IMG/VR virus record: IMGVR_UViG_3300020045_014474
Coordinates: 1 to 29,309 of that record
Origin: a virus
Lineage: Duplodnaviria > Caudoviricetes
Strand: one strand, 5' to 3'
DNA: 29,309 nt
Shown: piece after piece, positions 9,444 through 17,724 of the stretch
How positions within the stretch are numbered: the first letter of the stretch is position 1
How the letters are laid out: the number at the start of each line of letters is the position of its first letter
Position numbers and translations under genes: made by a program
Notes under the pieces: model-generated
What the model saw: only the letters and a program-made list of their open reading frames with translations
Database searches by the model: none
Told to the model about the DNA's origin: nothing

Positions 9444-9472
9444 GGTATGGCGCATGCATCCATAAAAGTCAA
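9444..9472 (-). promoter_or_regulatory. Possible internal promoter ahead of the morphogenesis, scaffold and capsid genes
   Basis: TTGACT-N17-CATACC in a 57-bp gap; the -35 context CTTGACTTTT is the same as the leftward early promoter; the -10 is weak. Confidence 0.35.
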
Positions 9473-9481
9473 GTGGCACAA

Positions 9482-10291
9482 TTATTGACGCGACGATTGA
9501 TTGGCACGAGATATGTCGGAGTCGGTAGCACGGCCGATGCGCGCAGCATCGAGGTAGGCAACGGTGACGGGGGTGAGGGAGTGTCGACAGTTGTATCCTC
9601 CCCCGTAATCGCGCACAGGAAGGCCCTGTCCGTTTTTCAGTCGCAGTAAGTTTGAGTCGGATACGGCCAGGCCAACCAACGTCCGGCAGAACGGGCGAGT
9701 TGCATCGTCGTCGGGTCCGAGATAGATCCACCAGGTCCCGCCTTCATCTTCGGGTAATCCACCTGCCGCTTCGGATGCGACCCGCCGTTGCAATCCAGCC
9801 AGTGCGGTCGAGGATATAGTGCGAGCCTGCGATAGTGGCGCATCGAGTAGTTGCCCTGCCAACTTCGCCATATCGCGCGGACTGATAGGAGTCGATGCGG
9901 CTTGCTGAAAAAGTCCGGCCAGGCCTTTGTTGAACGATTTCAAAACATCGGATACGGCGCGATCCGCATCGCGCAGGAAGGTTAATTGCGCCCGACGGGA
10001 GACATCCGGAACCGAGATCCCCAATTCCCCCATGACGGGCGATATGGTCTCGGCAACAGAGGGGAGAAGGTCGCCCAAGCCTGCGATGATTTGCTTTTGC
10101 AATCCGGGAGAAAAACCGGAGGGCAGGGGTTGGCCTCGAAGCAGGCCCGATCGATCGAAAGATAGACCTCCAATCGACTTCAAGAAGTCCGCACGAGCGC
10201 GCGAAAACACCGGCTCCATGTCCGCCATCAAATCATTGAGTTGCCCATCCGAGTCAGCCCAGGCTTGCTGTAATGAAGACAGTCCCATCAC
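9482..10291 (-). CDS. Minor head protein (Mu F / SPP1 gp7-like)
   Basis: C-terminal motifs YLGPDDDATRPFC and GGGYNCRHSL; follows the portal. Confidence 0.8.
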   Translation of the reverse strand: MMGLSSLQQAWADSDGQLNDLMADMEPVFSRARADFLKSIGGLSFDRSGLLRGQPLPSGFSPGLQKQIIAGLGDLLPSVAETISPVMGELGISVPDVSRRAQLTFLRDADRAVSDVLKSFNKGLAGLFQQAASTPISPRDMAKLAGQLLDAPLSQARTISSTALAGLQRRVASEAAGGLPEDEGGTWWIYLGPDDDATRPFCRTLVGLAVSDSNLLRLKNGQGLPVRDYGGGYNCRHSLTPVTVAYLDAARIGRATDSDISRANQSSRQ

Positions 10292-11679
10292 ATTTCCTTT
10301 TCCATGTCTTCATCGGGAGGCATGGGCATCGGCTCCGGCTCCGGCATCGGCTCCGGTTCGGGAGATAGAGGCGGGACCATGCGACCCACCCCTGCCTCGA
10401 TTTGTTCCTCCTCGATTTGCTCAATCTCTTCAAGGGACAATCCCATCTGCCGCTGTACCCATCGAGGCGATACCACTCCCATTTCGAGGAGTTCTTTGTG
10501 CCATTGGGCTTTGTCGATCGGAGTGGCTTGCGCTCCGATCTCAGCCCAATCGATCTTGAGATCCCCATCGGGCAAAACGACCCCCGCATCGACCTGTAAT
10601 ACCGTGCGCGCAAGTGGGTATAATTTTTGCCCCTCCCATACATTCCATAATAGCCGCTGTTTGGCCCACACGCCCTCTTGGGCCAGGAGTTTGAGGGCCA
10701 GTGCATACCCACTGCTCGCGTCGAGAGATCCGCGAACCGATTCGGGCCGGATGCCATAAAGAGCGAGGGTAGCCGCTGCGGAGTCGAGGATCGATTCGAG
10801 GTTGCCCTTGAGATCCGCGCGCAGGTCGATTGCCCCGACATCTCCGGTTCCGCGGACGTGTATCCAACTTGCCGGATCGGTCAGGATGGATAGTGGGATA
10901 TCCCCATCCGATCGATACCAGCCCTGTCGATGCGACTGAAAATGCCTAAGATGGTTATGCTCGGTTTTCGCAACGCCAACCTCATAGGTTGCGTCGCGCA
11001 GTCCGAGCGCCTCGCTGGTCGACCAATACTGCGCGGTCGGATACGAGGCATGGGCCACGACATAGGGAACCACCCCATAGGGGTTAGGCTGGCGATCCTC
11101 GACCTGCCAGGATCTCGATACCAACACCTGCTCCCCCTTATCCCAAGCCACCCTGCTGCCATCCTCTTTCTGCACCACGATCATTTGAATCGCGGTCAGG
11201 TCGATGGGATCGTGCTTTACGAAAACCCGATGGGGCAAAATAACATCGACGACAATTCTGGTCTTGCCCTCCTCAATCCCGGCCACAAGGGGGCGCAACA
11301 CCACGGCCCGACAGGCGTAGCAGATTCGCGCTGCCTGGTCGAGCGACAGATCAAGAGCGCCTTTGGCCAGATAGGGCTTGAGCGGATCTTCTGCTTCGTC
11401 CTCCAGATCGATCCCCTCGATGGATCGGGTTGGACATCGGGAATAAATGGCGGCCAATTCATCCGCCGTCCATCGCAGCAGGTTAATGGAGGTATCGGCC
11501 TGCAACCGCAAGGCCTCCCATGTCTGCTCGGAGAATAGGAGTCGCAATCGTCGCTCCAATAACTCGCGCCAATCATGGGAGTAGATCCGCCACAACTCTT
11601 TCATGTCGGCAATGCGCGACCTCTCCTCTTTTTCCTCCCAAGCCCGCCGCCATAAGTCTATCTCGCTCGCCCTGATCAT
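10288..11679 (-). CDS. Portal protein
   Basis: About 463 aa from ATG 11679 (GGGAG RBS); directly after terminase; SPP1-like motifs ASSGYALALK, LKIDW and GVVSP...EEIEQIEEE. Confidence 0.85.
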   Translation of the reverse strand: MIRASEIDLWRRAWEEKEERSRIADMKELWRIYSHDWRELLERRLRLLFSEQTWEALRLQADTSINLLRWTADELAAIYSRCPTRSIEGIDLEDEAEDPLKPYLAKGALDLSLDQAARICYACRAVVLRPLVAGIEEGKTRIVVDVILPHRVFVKHDPIDLTAIQMIVVQKEDGSRVAWDKGEQVLVSRSWQVEDRQPNPYGVVPYVVAHASYPTAQYWSTSEALGLRDATYEVGVAKTEHNHLRHFQSHRQGWYRSDGDIPLSILTDPASWIHVRGTGDVGAIDLRADLKGNLESILDSAAATLALYGIRPESVRGSLDASSGYALALKLLAQEGVWAKQRLLWNVWEGQKLYPLARTVLQVDAGVVLPDGDLKIDWAEIGAQATPIDKAQWHKELLEMGVVSPRWVQRQMGLSLEEIEQIEEEQIEAGVGRMVPPLSPEPEPMPEPEPMPMPPDEDMEKEM

Positions 11680-11693
11680 CTCGAACTCCCTTC

Positions 11694-12980
11694 CTATTTT
11701 GCCGGCTGAACAAAAGACACAGCAGGCAATGGACATAAATTTACAATAGCATACCGCAGCGCATCGCGCACATGATCCAGGATGCCATCCTTGATCGGCT
11801 GATCATCGCGATTCGATCCCTTTGCGTCGGGGTACCGGGATTCTCTAATCGATCGGAGGATGCCGCGTTGGGAGGTATCGAGGAGCAGGCGCGGATCGAA
11901 ATAGAGCGAGGGAGATCCAAGGAATGGTTTTAGTTTTCCCCTTATGGCCGAGATTCCTGCGACGATGGCCCGCTTGAACGGGTCAGTGGTCCAAATGCAT
12001 TCCCATCCTGCCGACTCCAAGATCGCAACATCCGATAGGCCCGTGCTGGTCGATCTCGAATCCCCTGCTGCATCGAGGTAAACCTTCCCCATCTTCCATC
12101 CATGCTCGTAGTATTTGCCGCGCCAACGCTGTTCCGCCCAGACGGTGGGCATATCGTTAAGCATGCATTCGTCGAGAACATGGATGCAATGTTCCGTGCG
12201 GTGGCGTGGACAGAATCGGTGATGTTGAAAAAACAGCGTCGCGCTACGTTGTACACCCGGATCAAATGCGATGTGGACCGGGTGAGACGGGATGTGGAGA
12301 TCGGGTTGGACATGCGAGGACGCGGAGAACTCGGGAAACACCCCACCCTCCAAATGGACCCATTCTCCACCGACGTACTGCCGATATAGATCCTGCGAGT
12401 AGGACCGGCGCAGGGTCTCGATATACTCAGGGGGGAGGTAGGGATTCTCCTCGGTGGGCGCAGCAACCTCGGCATAGCCCTCCATGCCACGACCCCAATA
12501 GTCGTAGAGCCAGCCCATCGAAGGGGTAGATGTCATCACGATGGATCGCCGCTTGGCCCGTGGTTCGCGCACACGAGCAAGCAGGATCTCCCATGCCACT
12601 CGATCCCAATATCGGCCCTCATCTCCCCAGGCCCAAGCGAGGTTGGCTCCCTCCAACGTGTCGGGCCGATCGGCAGATCCGTAATAGATCCGGGCGAGAT
12701 TAACTAGCTCGATATACCGCTCGCTCTTAACCTCGCGACGGAGAATCTGTCGAGGCAGGAGGGAGCGAAATGCGCGAAGAGTGGTACGATGCAAAATCCC
12801 CCACGTCGGGGCAACGATCATGCCATCGCATTCAGGATTTTCGACAGCCAACCGGATCGATTCTGCTGCCCCGCACAAAGTCTTGCCCGACCCGACCCCT
12901 CCTCGAAACAGTCGGTAGGGAGCCGGGTGCCGGTGGAAAGATCGCTGGTGAGAGAGGGGCCGATAGGGGATCTCAATCAT
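11694..12980 (-). CDS. terL: Terminase large subunit
   Basis: Walker A GGVGSGKT, Walker B AWAWGDE, motif III MTSTP, ENPYLP, and RNase H-like nuclease residues (AFDPG, LDAAG, DHVRDALRY). Confidence 0.95.
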   Translation of the reverse strand: MIEIPYRPLSHQRSFHRHPAPYRLFRGGVGSGKTLCGAAESIRLAVENPECDGMIVAPTWGILHRTTLRAFRSLLPRQILRREVKSERYIELVNLARIYYGSADRPDTLEGANLAWAWGDEGRYWDRVAWEILLARVREPRAKRRSIVMTSTPSMGWLYDYWGRGMEGYAEVAAPTEENPYLPPEYIETLRRSYSQDLYRQYVGGEWVHLEGGVFPEFSASSHVQPDLHIPSHPVHIAFDPGVQRSATLFFQHHRFCPRHRTEHCIHVLDECMLNDMPTVWAEQRWRGKYYEHGWKMGKVYLDAAGDSRSTSTGLSDVAILESAGWECIWTTDPFKRAIVAGISAIRGKLKPFLGSPSLYFDPRLLLDTSQRGILRSIRESRYPDAKGSNRDDQPIKDGILDHVRDALRYAIVNLCPLPAVSFVQPAK

Positions 12981-13443
12981 CCTGTTTGAACCTCAACAAC
13001 ATCGCCCGCATCTCTGCCGATCCACCCAGCCCAAGGGCCTCAAGATGGCCGCGCAGAGAGGTCGACCACCGCGTAACCTGATCCGCATCCATCGACCCAA
13101 CGCGACCCGTTTGCAGGCGGATGATAGCGAGCAGTGCGCTCCATCCCTCGATCGCGATCTGCTCCCGAATGGCCCTGGTTGCGGCAAGATCCTCTGCGCG
13201 TCGATGGTCATCAAAGGCAGCGGATCGTTCGGCCCATCGATGCTCTTTAAACCAGTGTTTAAAGTAGGGAGCAGCGTCTTTTGGCGGGATAATTCGGGAT
13301 TTTTTGGGAGCGAGATAGGCCCGATAGGCACCGACAACAGACCGAGCCGCAGGGGGTAATCCACGATAAAGACAGAACGCCCCCCATGCTTTTTCGGTCT
13401 CTTCCGGCAATCTGGCCCAAGGCTGTCGTTCACTCTCATTCAT
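12973..13443 (-). CDS. Putative terminase small subunit
   Basis: PWARLPEETEKAWGAFCLYR...WFKEHRWAERSAAFD pattern, typical of proteins found just upstream of TerL; overlaps the terL start. Confidence 0.75.
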   Translation of the reverse strand: MNESERQPWARLPEETEKAWGAFCLYRGLPPAARSVVGAYRAYLAPKKSRIIPPKDAAPYFKHWFKEHRWAERSAAFDDHRRAEDLAATRAIREQIAIEGWSALLAIIRLQTGRVGSMDADQVTRWSTSLRGHLEALGLGGSAEMRAMLLRFKQDD

Positions 13444-13787
13444 CGTACCGCACACAATGGGTTGTATGGTCTCTTGTTTGGCACCATATATCTTGTGTGT
13501 TTGTTTTGCAACAGGCTAGCCGTGCAAGGCAACAGCAAACACCGGGGTTTTAGGGGCTCCCAGCAGGCCCATCGAATGGAGTTGAGCCAGCGCATTTCTC
13601 GGCCGGCCTGTTCCCATCTGCTGAAATCAGGGATGGGCACAAAGAGAGCGAAGGGCAATGCCCGCAGAGGACGAGTATTGCCCTCATTGCAGGTGCAATC
13701 GGAACCGGATACAGAGAGCGACACGTTCACATGGACTGTCGTGGCCGTGTCGCTGCCGGTGGTGGAGATTCTGCTAGAGAGATTCAT
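13440..13787 (-). CDS. Hypothetical protein (doubtful)
   Basis: 115-aa ORF that overlaps both neighbours (ATGA with the small terminase); no recognisable motif; its 3' end overlaps the putative promoter. Confidence 0.35.
   Translation of the reverse strand: MNLSSRISTTGSDTATTVHVNVSLSVSGSDCTCNEGNTRPLRALPFALFVPIPDFSRWEQAGREMRWLNSIRWACWEPLKPRCLLLPCTASLLQNKHTRYMVPNKRPYNPLCAVR
13483..13511 (-). promoter_or_regulatory. Putative promoter for the packaging/structural operon
   Basis: TTGCAA-N17-TATGGT in an AT-rich patch 40 bp upstream of the small terminase start. Confidence 0.5.
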
Positions 13788-13994
13788 TTTGCGCCGATTC
13801 CCTTACAGCAAACCTTCGGTTGTACTCCAAAACAACGTCATCTCGCGACGTGTGGGCGTTTATTGTTAGATTAAACCCGTTGAACTCGAATTGAACAAAA
13901 ACTCCCAGGAGGCAGGCGACTCGCTTTGCCTCCGAAGCGGCCTCATTTATGCCACATCCAGGCATAATTCCATCTTGATGATTCCAATTATCAT
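13774..13994 (-). pseudogene. Small hypothetical gene, possibly split by a 1-nt frameshift
   Basis: Strong RBS (AAGGAGAGG) and ATGA-coupled start at 13994 give only MIIGIIKMELCLDVA*; a protein-like frame MPGCGINEAASEAKRVA...FEFNG begins at 13965 in another frame. Confidence 0.4.
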
Positions 13995-14185
13995 GTTCGC
14001 CTCTCCTTCCGTCGTTTCAGAATCTTCCGACTCATCCAAACCCCAATCCAAATCACCACCATCCCCAGCCACATCCCCTCGCATGCCTGATACCAGCGCA
14101 CGGCCCAGATCCCGGCGAAGATCCAGATGAGCAACCTGAGTCTGAGCCAAACCACAAGGGCGAGGATGTGGGTGCGGTCGACCAT
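13991..14185 (-). CDS. Small membrane protein
   Basis: 64 aa; two hydrophobic Trp-rich segments and a basic tail; fits between neighbours. Confidence 0.55.
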   Translation of the reverse strand: MVDRTHILALVVWLRLRLLIWIFAGIWAVRWYQACEGMWLGMVVIWIGVWMSRKILKRRKERRT

Positions 14186-14198
14186 GATCGAATGGCCC

Positions 14199-14501
14199 TT
14201 ACAATTTGCGTCTAAAGGCGTCCCATGCCGCTTTAAGCAGGTCTTCCATGATTTCCTGGGTGATTTGTTCTTTCACGAATTGGGCGACGGTCTGGGCATG
14301 ATCGCGGTTCAACACCTCGATGATCGAGTCGCAAATCATGCGCTCGATCACTTTGCGAATGGGGTTATTGAAGGAATTGCCCAATTTGCTCACTTCTTCT
14401 CTGATGATCTTTTCTAGCTCCACCCCAATGGCGCTTTTCGCGATTGCATCTGCAATCTGTTGGTTGATCTGTTCGGGGGACAAGTCTACTTTGATCTCCA
14501 T
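14199..14501 (-). CDS. Hypothetical helical protein
   Basis: 100 aa; AAAAGGAGA RBS; amphipathic helices. Confidence 0.75.
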   Translation of the reverse strand: MEIKVDLSPEQINQQIADAIAKSAIGVELEKIIREEVSKLGNSFNNPIRKVIERMICDSIIEVLNRDHAQTVAQFVKEQITQEIMEDLLKAAWDAFRRKL

Positions 14502-14513
14502 TGTATCTCCTTT

Positions 14514-14798
14514 TCAAGCCTCCCGTGCCCAACCTTCGAGGCATTGAGCCGAACAAAATCGCAGGTGGATCAAGGTTCCTTCCTCGTTCTCCACCAGCAG
14601 AAATCGGGCATAGGGCGCAGGTTGGCAACAGAGATCGCAGATGTACTCCGGATCTTGCGCCGCGCTTAATCGCCCGGCACGGAGGCAGGAGCGGCATCTA
14701 TACCGCCCATGCCGACGATAGACAGTGAGGTTGCCACTGCCGCAATGCCGACAGGTCGGATTGTTCTCTGGTGGCTCGTGGACCCCTTCTTCGATCAT
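14514..14798 (-). CDS. Small double zinc-finger protein
   Basis: Four CxxC-type pairs: CRHC, CRSC, CDLC and FCSAQC; ATGA-coupled start at 14798. Confidence 0.7.
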   Translation of the reverse strand: MIEEGVHEPPENNPTCRHCGSGNLTVYRRHGRYRCRSCLRAGRLSAAQDPEYICDLCCQPAPYARFLLVENEEGTLIHLRFCSAQCLEGWAREA

Positions 14799-14974
14799 TT
14801 TTCTGTCGACTCCTCGGGCTGTTGAGCCAGCCATCGCAAGAACTCTGGGCTGGCCCGATACCAGGCCTCTCCCACGAAAATATGTTTGGCCGGATCATCA
14901 GTCGCCTCTTCATAGGCGATGATTAACTCCAACCGTCGGCCTTTTCCAAGTGACTTGAAGTCCGCCAATGTCAT
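14795..14974 (-). CDS. Hypothetical protein (59 aa)
   Basis: ATG at 14974 with GGAGGA RBS; stop overlaps the next start. Confidence 0.65.
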   Translation of the reverse strand: MTLADFKSLGKGRRLELIIAYEEATDDPAKHIFVGEAWYRASPEFLRWLAQQPEESTEK

Positions 14975-14987
14975 CCGATCCTCCGAT

Positions 14988-15058
14988 AAAAAAGCAGGTT
15001 GGGCTGTAGAAAAGGAAAACGCACTATCCGTGGGTTTGTGAAGATCATCCAACCTGCT
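14988..15058 (-). terminator. Terminator-like or processing stem with a large loop
   Basis: AGCAGGTTGG (15058-15049) pairs with CCAACCTGCT (15002-14993) around 46 nt and is followed by TTTTT on the minus strand. Confidence 0.45.
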
Positions 15059-15066
15059 GCATCTGT

Positions 15067-15420
15067 TTAGGCGACGGTTCGCCCTTCGACATCGCGAGCC
15101 ATCCGTTTCAGCGTGCGCTCGTGCAACACCTCCATTGCCGTGCGACAATGTTCCAGGGCCTCGGCTGTTTCGGGCGCAGGGAAAGGCCCGGACAGGAAAC
15201 CCTCAAACCGATCGATCAGGACCGCCAATAGCTGTTCGTTGGAAATCCCGTTTATGCCGACCTCCTGAATCCCGCCCTTTTGAAATTCGAGGATGAGATC
15301 CGGTCTATCTCCCTGCCCCAAGGCATAGGAGTGATGTGCCCCGCCGGGGCCGATTTCATCGAGTACCGCGACGCGCTCATTGTGGTTTTTGCCTTCGACG
15401 ATATGTGTTTTTATTTCCAT
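15067..15420 (-). CDS. tad1: Tad1-family anti-defence nucleotide-signal sponge protein
   Basis: 117 aa from ATG 15420 (AGGAGA RBS). Motifs GPGGAHHSY, EFQKG, GISNEQLLAVLIDR, F.SGPF and R...R..R.V.G match the Tad1 pattern as I recall it (GPGGAYHEY, KFQKG, LLEIVRDRLKSFQAGPF, RRVEDRIERNVLG). Confidence 0.85.
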   Translation of the reverse strand: MEIKTHIVEGKNHNERVAVLDEIGPGGAHHSYALGQGDRPDLILEFQKGGIQEVGINGISNEQLLAVLIDRFEGFLSGPFPAPETAEALEHCRTAMEVLHERTLKRMARDVEGRTVA

Positions 15421-15434
15421 GTTTTTTCTCCTTG

Positions 15435-16142
15435 TTACGACCCGACCAACTGCTGGATCAAATCGCTGGCCTGGGCCTTGGTGAATCCGGGCGTTGGCTC
15501 CCACTTGAAGCCATACAACTTGCGGATATATTCGATTTGTTTGGGCGTAGCGGGGGAGAGGTCGTGTCCATTTGCGATCGCCGGTTTCCATGCCACACCA
15601 CCCGGCACCTCGATGGGGATGCGTCGTGGCCCCGTATCCTCATCGATGAGCAGATAACCAACATCCATCGCAAACTCAAACAGCCTTCGAGTCAACTCCA
15701 CATCCCGCAGATTGTAGTCATATAGCTCGTCCCATCGCCCTTCTTGGGCGAGGATGGGGGCATGTTGACCATGCCCATTCTTCCCCTCGCCCAGAGTCGC
15801 CCAAGCCAGCCGTTGCAAGGATGGCCAAAACCCCAGAACCTCGGAGCAGAGGGCTATCAGGTCGCAATGGTCGCGTGGGGGCAACTCGTATCCGCAGGCC
15901 TCCAGCAGGGGGCAATCGAAGGCGAGGGAATTGAAACCGATCAACAAATCCGCCTGCCCCAAAAGGTCGATCATGGCAGCCATCCTCTCCCCTCGAAAAA
16001 TGCGATACCTCCCGCCTGCTCCACCCTGCCAACTGATCCAAACAACGCCGCTCGATATCCCCAGTCCGGCCTTGTTCCCCCAGCCTCCTTGGACGCACTC
16101 GGGGTTATTGGCGACTTCCAGATCCCACACTGCTACTCTCAT
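15435..16142 (-). CDS. DEDD/RNase H-like 3'-5' exonuclease (YprB / RNase_H_2-like)
   Basis: ExoI WDLEV, ExoII IGFNSLAFD, ExoIII YNLRDVELT; C-terminal PATPKQ...TKAQASDLI module; AAAAGGAGG RBS. Confidence 0.85.
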   Translation of the reverse strand: MRVAVWDLEVANNPECVQGGWGNKAGLGISSGVVWISWQGGAGGRYRIFRGERMAAMIDLLGQADLLIGFNSLAFDCPLLEACGYELPPRDHCDLIALCSEVLGFWPSLQRLAWATLGEGKNGHGQHAPILAQEGRWDELYDYNLRDVELTRRLFEFAMDVGYLLIDEDTGPRRIPIEVPGGVAWKPAIANGHDLSPATPKQIEYIRKLYGFKWEPTPGFTKAQASDLIQQLVGS

Positions 16143-16160
16143 TTGTTTAAGGCCTCCTTT

Positions 16161-16240
16161 TGCGCCACGACCCAAAAATCAAACATGGTTCGAGTTCGAT
16201 TGCGCCACGACCCAAAAATCAAACATGGTTCGAGTTCGAT
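16161..16240. repeat. Perfect 40-bp tandem duplication
   Basis: TGCGCCACGACCCAAAAATCAAACATGGTTCGAGTTCGAT at 16161-16200 and 16201-16240, with TTGC at all three junctions. Confidence 0.97.
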
Positions 16241-17132
16241 TGCACCCCGGCGAAAACCAGATGGTCTCGCGTTTTTTGTTCTTCTTGCCTCGGCTTTTTG
16301 AATCGCCTTGATTGCCATATCCCCCATTGGCCGACCACGCCACAGATTCCCAACCATTGGGCGGTGTCCATGTGCCATCATGCCCACATAGGGCAATTCG
16401 CATATTAGAGATATTGCCGTTTTCTTCGCACCAATGGCAGACCTCGCCCCATAGATCGGGGTGATCTTCGTTGTAGCAATCATCCCGATCCGCCCTATCA
16501 TAGGGCGGATCGAGAAACACCCCACAGATTCCAGACGGGCCTTTGGTGACCGCTGGAGTGCAAACGCGCCGCCAATCACCGCAGCAAATACGCACATCTC
16601 GCAGACGACTGGAGAGCGATTGCATCATTTCCCTGATATATTCTCCCCTCCCTGGATTCCCAAGATGCGGGAGTTTTCTGTTTATGCCCCTCCCTGAATC
16701 CCCAAGATGGGGGAGTTGGTTGGATGATGTTTTGCACCAACCATCCCCAATCCAACAACAGATCCCCCACAGCCACCATCCGGCAATTTTGGGGTCAAAA
16801 TGATCTGGATTCTGCTTCATTTTCTCCAATAGATCGGTTTTTTGCGCAATCAGCCATTTGTGTCTGGCAAGCAAGTCTATCTCTGTCACAGGCCAATTTG
16901 CAAAACCCGCCACGCCATCGGGATCTTGTTGCACCGCTCGCCAGAAATTGACGAGGTATCCATCAAGATCATTGACGGTCTCAACGATGTTCGGATCTTC
17001 ATTGGCAAGCAATACCGCCAACGATCCGGCAAAGGGCTCGATATAACGAGAGACCCCGGCAAGTCTTTCCCAGACCAAGTCCGCAACGCGAGATTTGCCA
17101 CCGAACCAGGGGAAGGGGGCACGCAGATTCAT
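16179..17132 (-). CDS. DNA adenine methyltransferase (Dam/D12-class, alpha order)
   Basis: PFPWFGGKS, SAM motif YIEPFAGS, TVNDLD, catalytic FLDPPY. Confidence 0.92.
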   Translation of the reverse strand: MNLRAPFPWFGGKSRVADLVWERLAGVSRYIEPFAGSLAVLLANEDPNIVETVNDLDGYLVNFWRAVQQDPDGVAGFANWPVTEIDLLARHKWLIAQKTDLLEKMKQNPDHFDPKIAGWWLWGICCWIGDGWCKTSSNQLPHLGDSGRGINRKLPHLGNPGRGEYIREMMQSLSSRLRDVRICCGDWRRVCTPAVTKGPSGICGVFLDPPYDRADRDDCYNEDHPDLWGEVCHWCEENGNISNMRIALCGHDGTWTPPNGWESVAWSANGGYGNQGDSKSRGKKNKKRETIWFSPGCNRTRTMFDFWVVAQSNSNHV

Positions 17133-17440
17133 TCGTCCTTGCCCCCTTCCTGCGAATCGTCGTTTGTGTTTCGCCTATCTTCCACTCGCTCCAAGATGGC
17201 CCCCATCTCGTCGATGACCTGCTCATCCTCTCCGCGTCCAAGCAGGTAGATCCATTTTGTTAGGACTTGGGGTCGGATGCCCAACTTCGGCCCGGTGTTG
17301 GGGCGCAACTCGATTCCCATCCCCAACAGCATCGAGCGCATGGTGCCAAACGAACACCCCCGCCGAGTAGCCAGGTCTCGGATCGAGAAGCCTGCCTCGT
17401 AGGATTCGGCGAGGTCATCGGGCCGAAGCCGCTGGTTCAT
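17129..17440 (-). CDS. HTH DNA-binding protein
   Basis: YEAGFSIRDLATRRGCSFGTMRSMLLGMGIELR is a typical HTH; AGGAGA RBS; ATGA coupling. Confidence 0.75.
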   Translation of the reverse strand: MNQRLRPDDLAESYEAGFSIRDLATRRGCSFGTMRSMLLGMGIELRPNTGPKLGIRPQVLTKWIYLLGRGEDEQVIDEMGAILERVEDRRNTNDDSQEGGKDE

Positions 17441-17724
17441 CGCGGATCTCCTGTCAAACACGCCAACCATTCTTCGAGCGCTTCGATGGTTTCGAGCAGG
17501 TCGGGAATATCCGTGCGAGCATGAGCAAAAAAGGATGCCATTTGTTCGCGGCCACTGTTTGCGAGCGCAGAGGGCAACCACGGCGCTTCTACAGAGGCAA
17601 TTTTACACCCGTTCTCTGCCCACACCCCGGGCCGCCCATTGGGTCTCCGAACCACATAGGGACCGGGATATGCGGCGTTGCAACGCTTTTTTATTTCTTC
17701 CCGTTGCTCTTTCGAGAGAATCAT
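17437..17724 (-). CDS. Ead/Ea22-like phage accessory protein
   Basis: AAYPGPY...FFAHARTDIPDLLETIEALE resembles the ATPGPW...FIAHAR.DIP.LL family pattern. Confidence 0.65.
   Translation of the reverse strand: MILSKEQREEIKKRCNAAYPGPYVVRRPNGRPGVWAENGCKIASVEAPWLPSALANSGREQMASFFAHARTDIPDLLETIEALEEWLACLTGDPR

Noticed and set aside
16186-16240. GGTTCGA in the 40-bp repeat as a tRNA T-arm or attP core
   Set aside because: No T stem forms, it lies in methyltransferase coding sequence and no integrase is visible.
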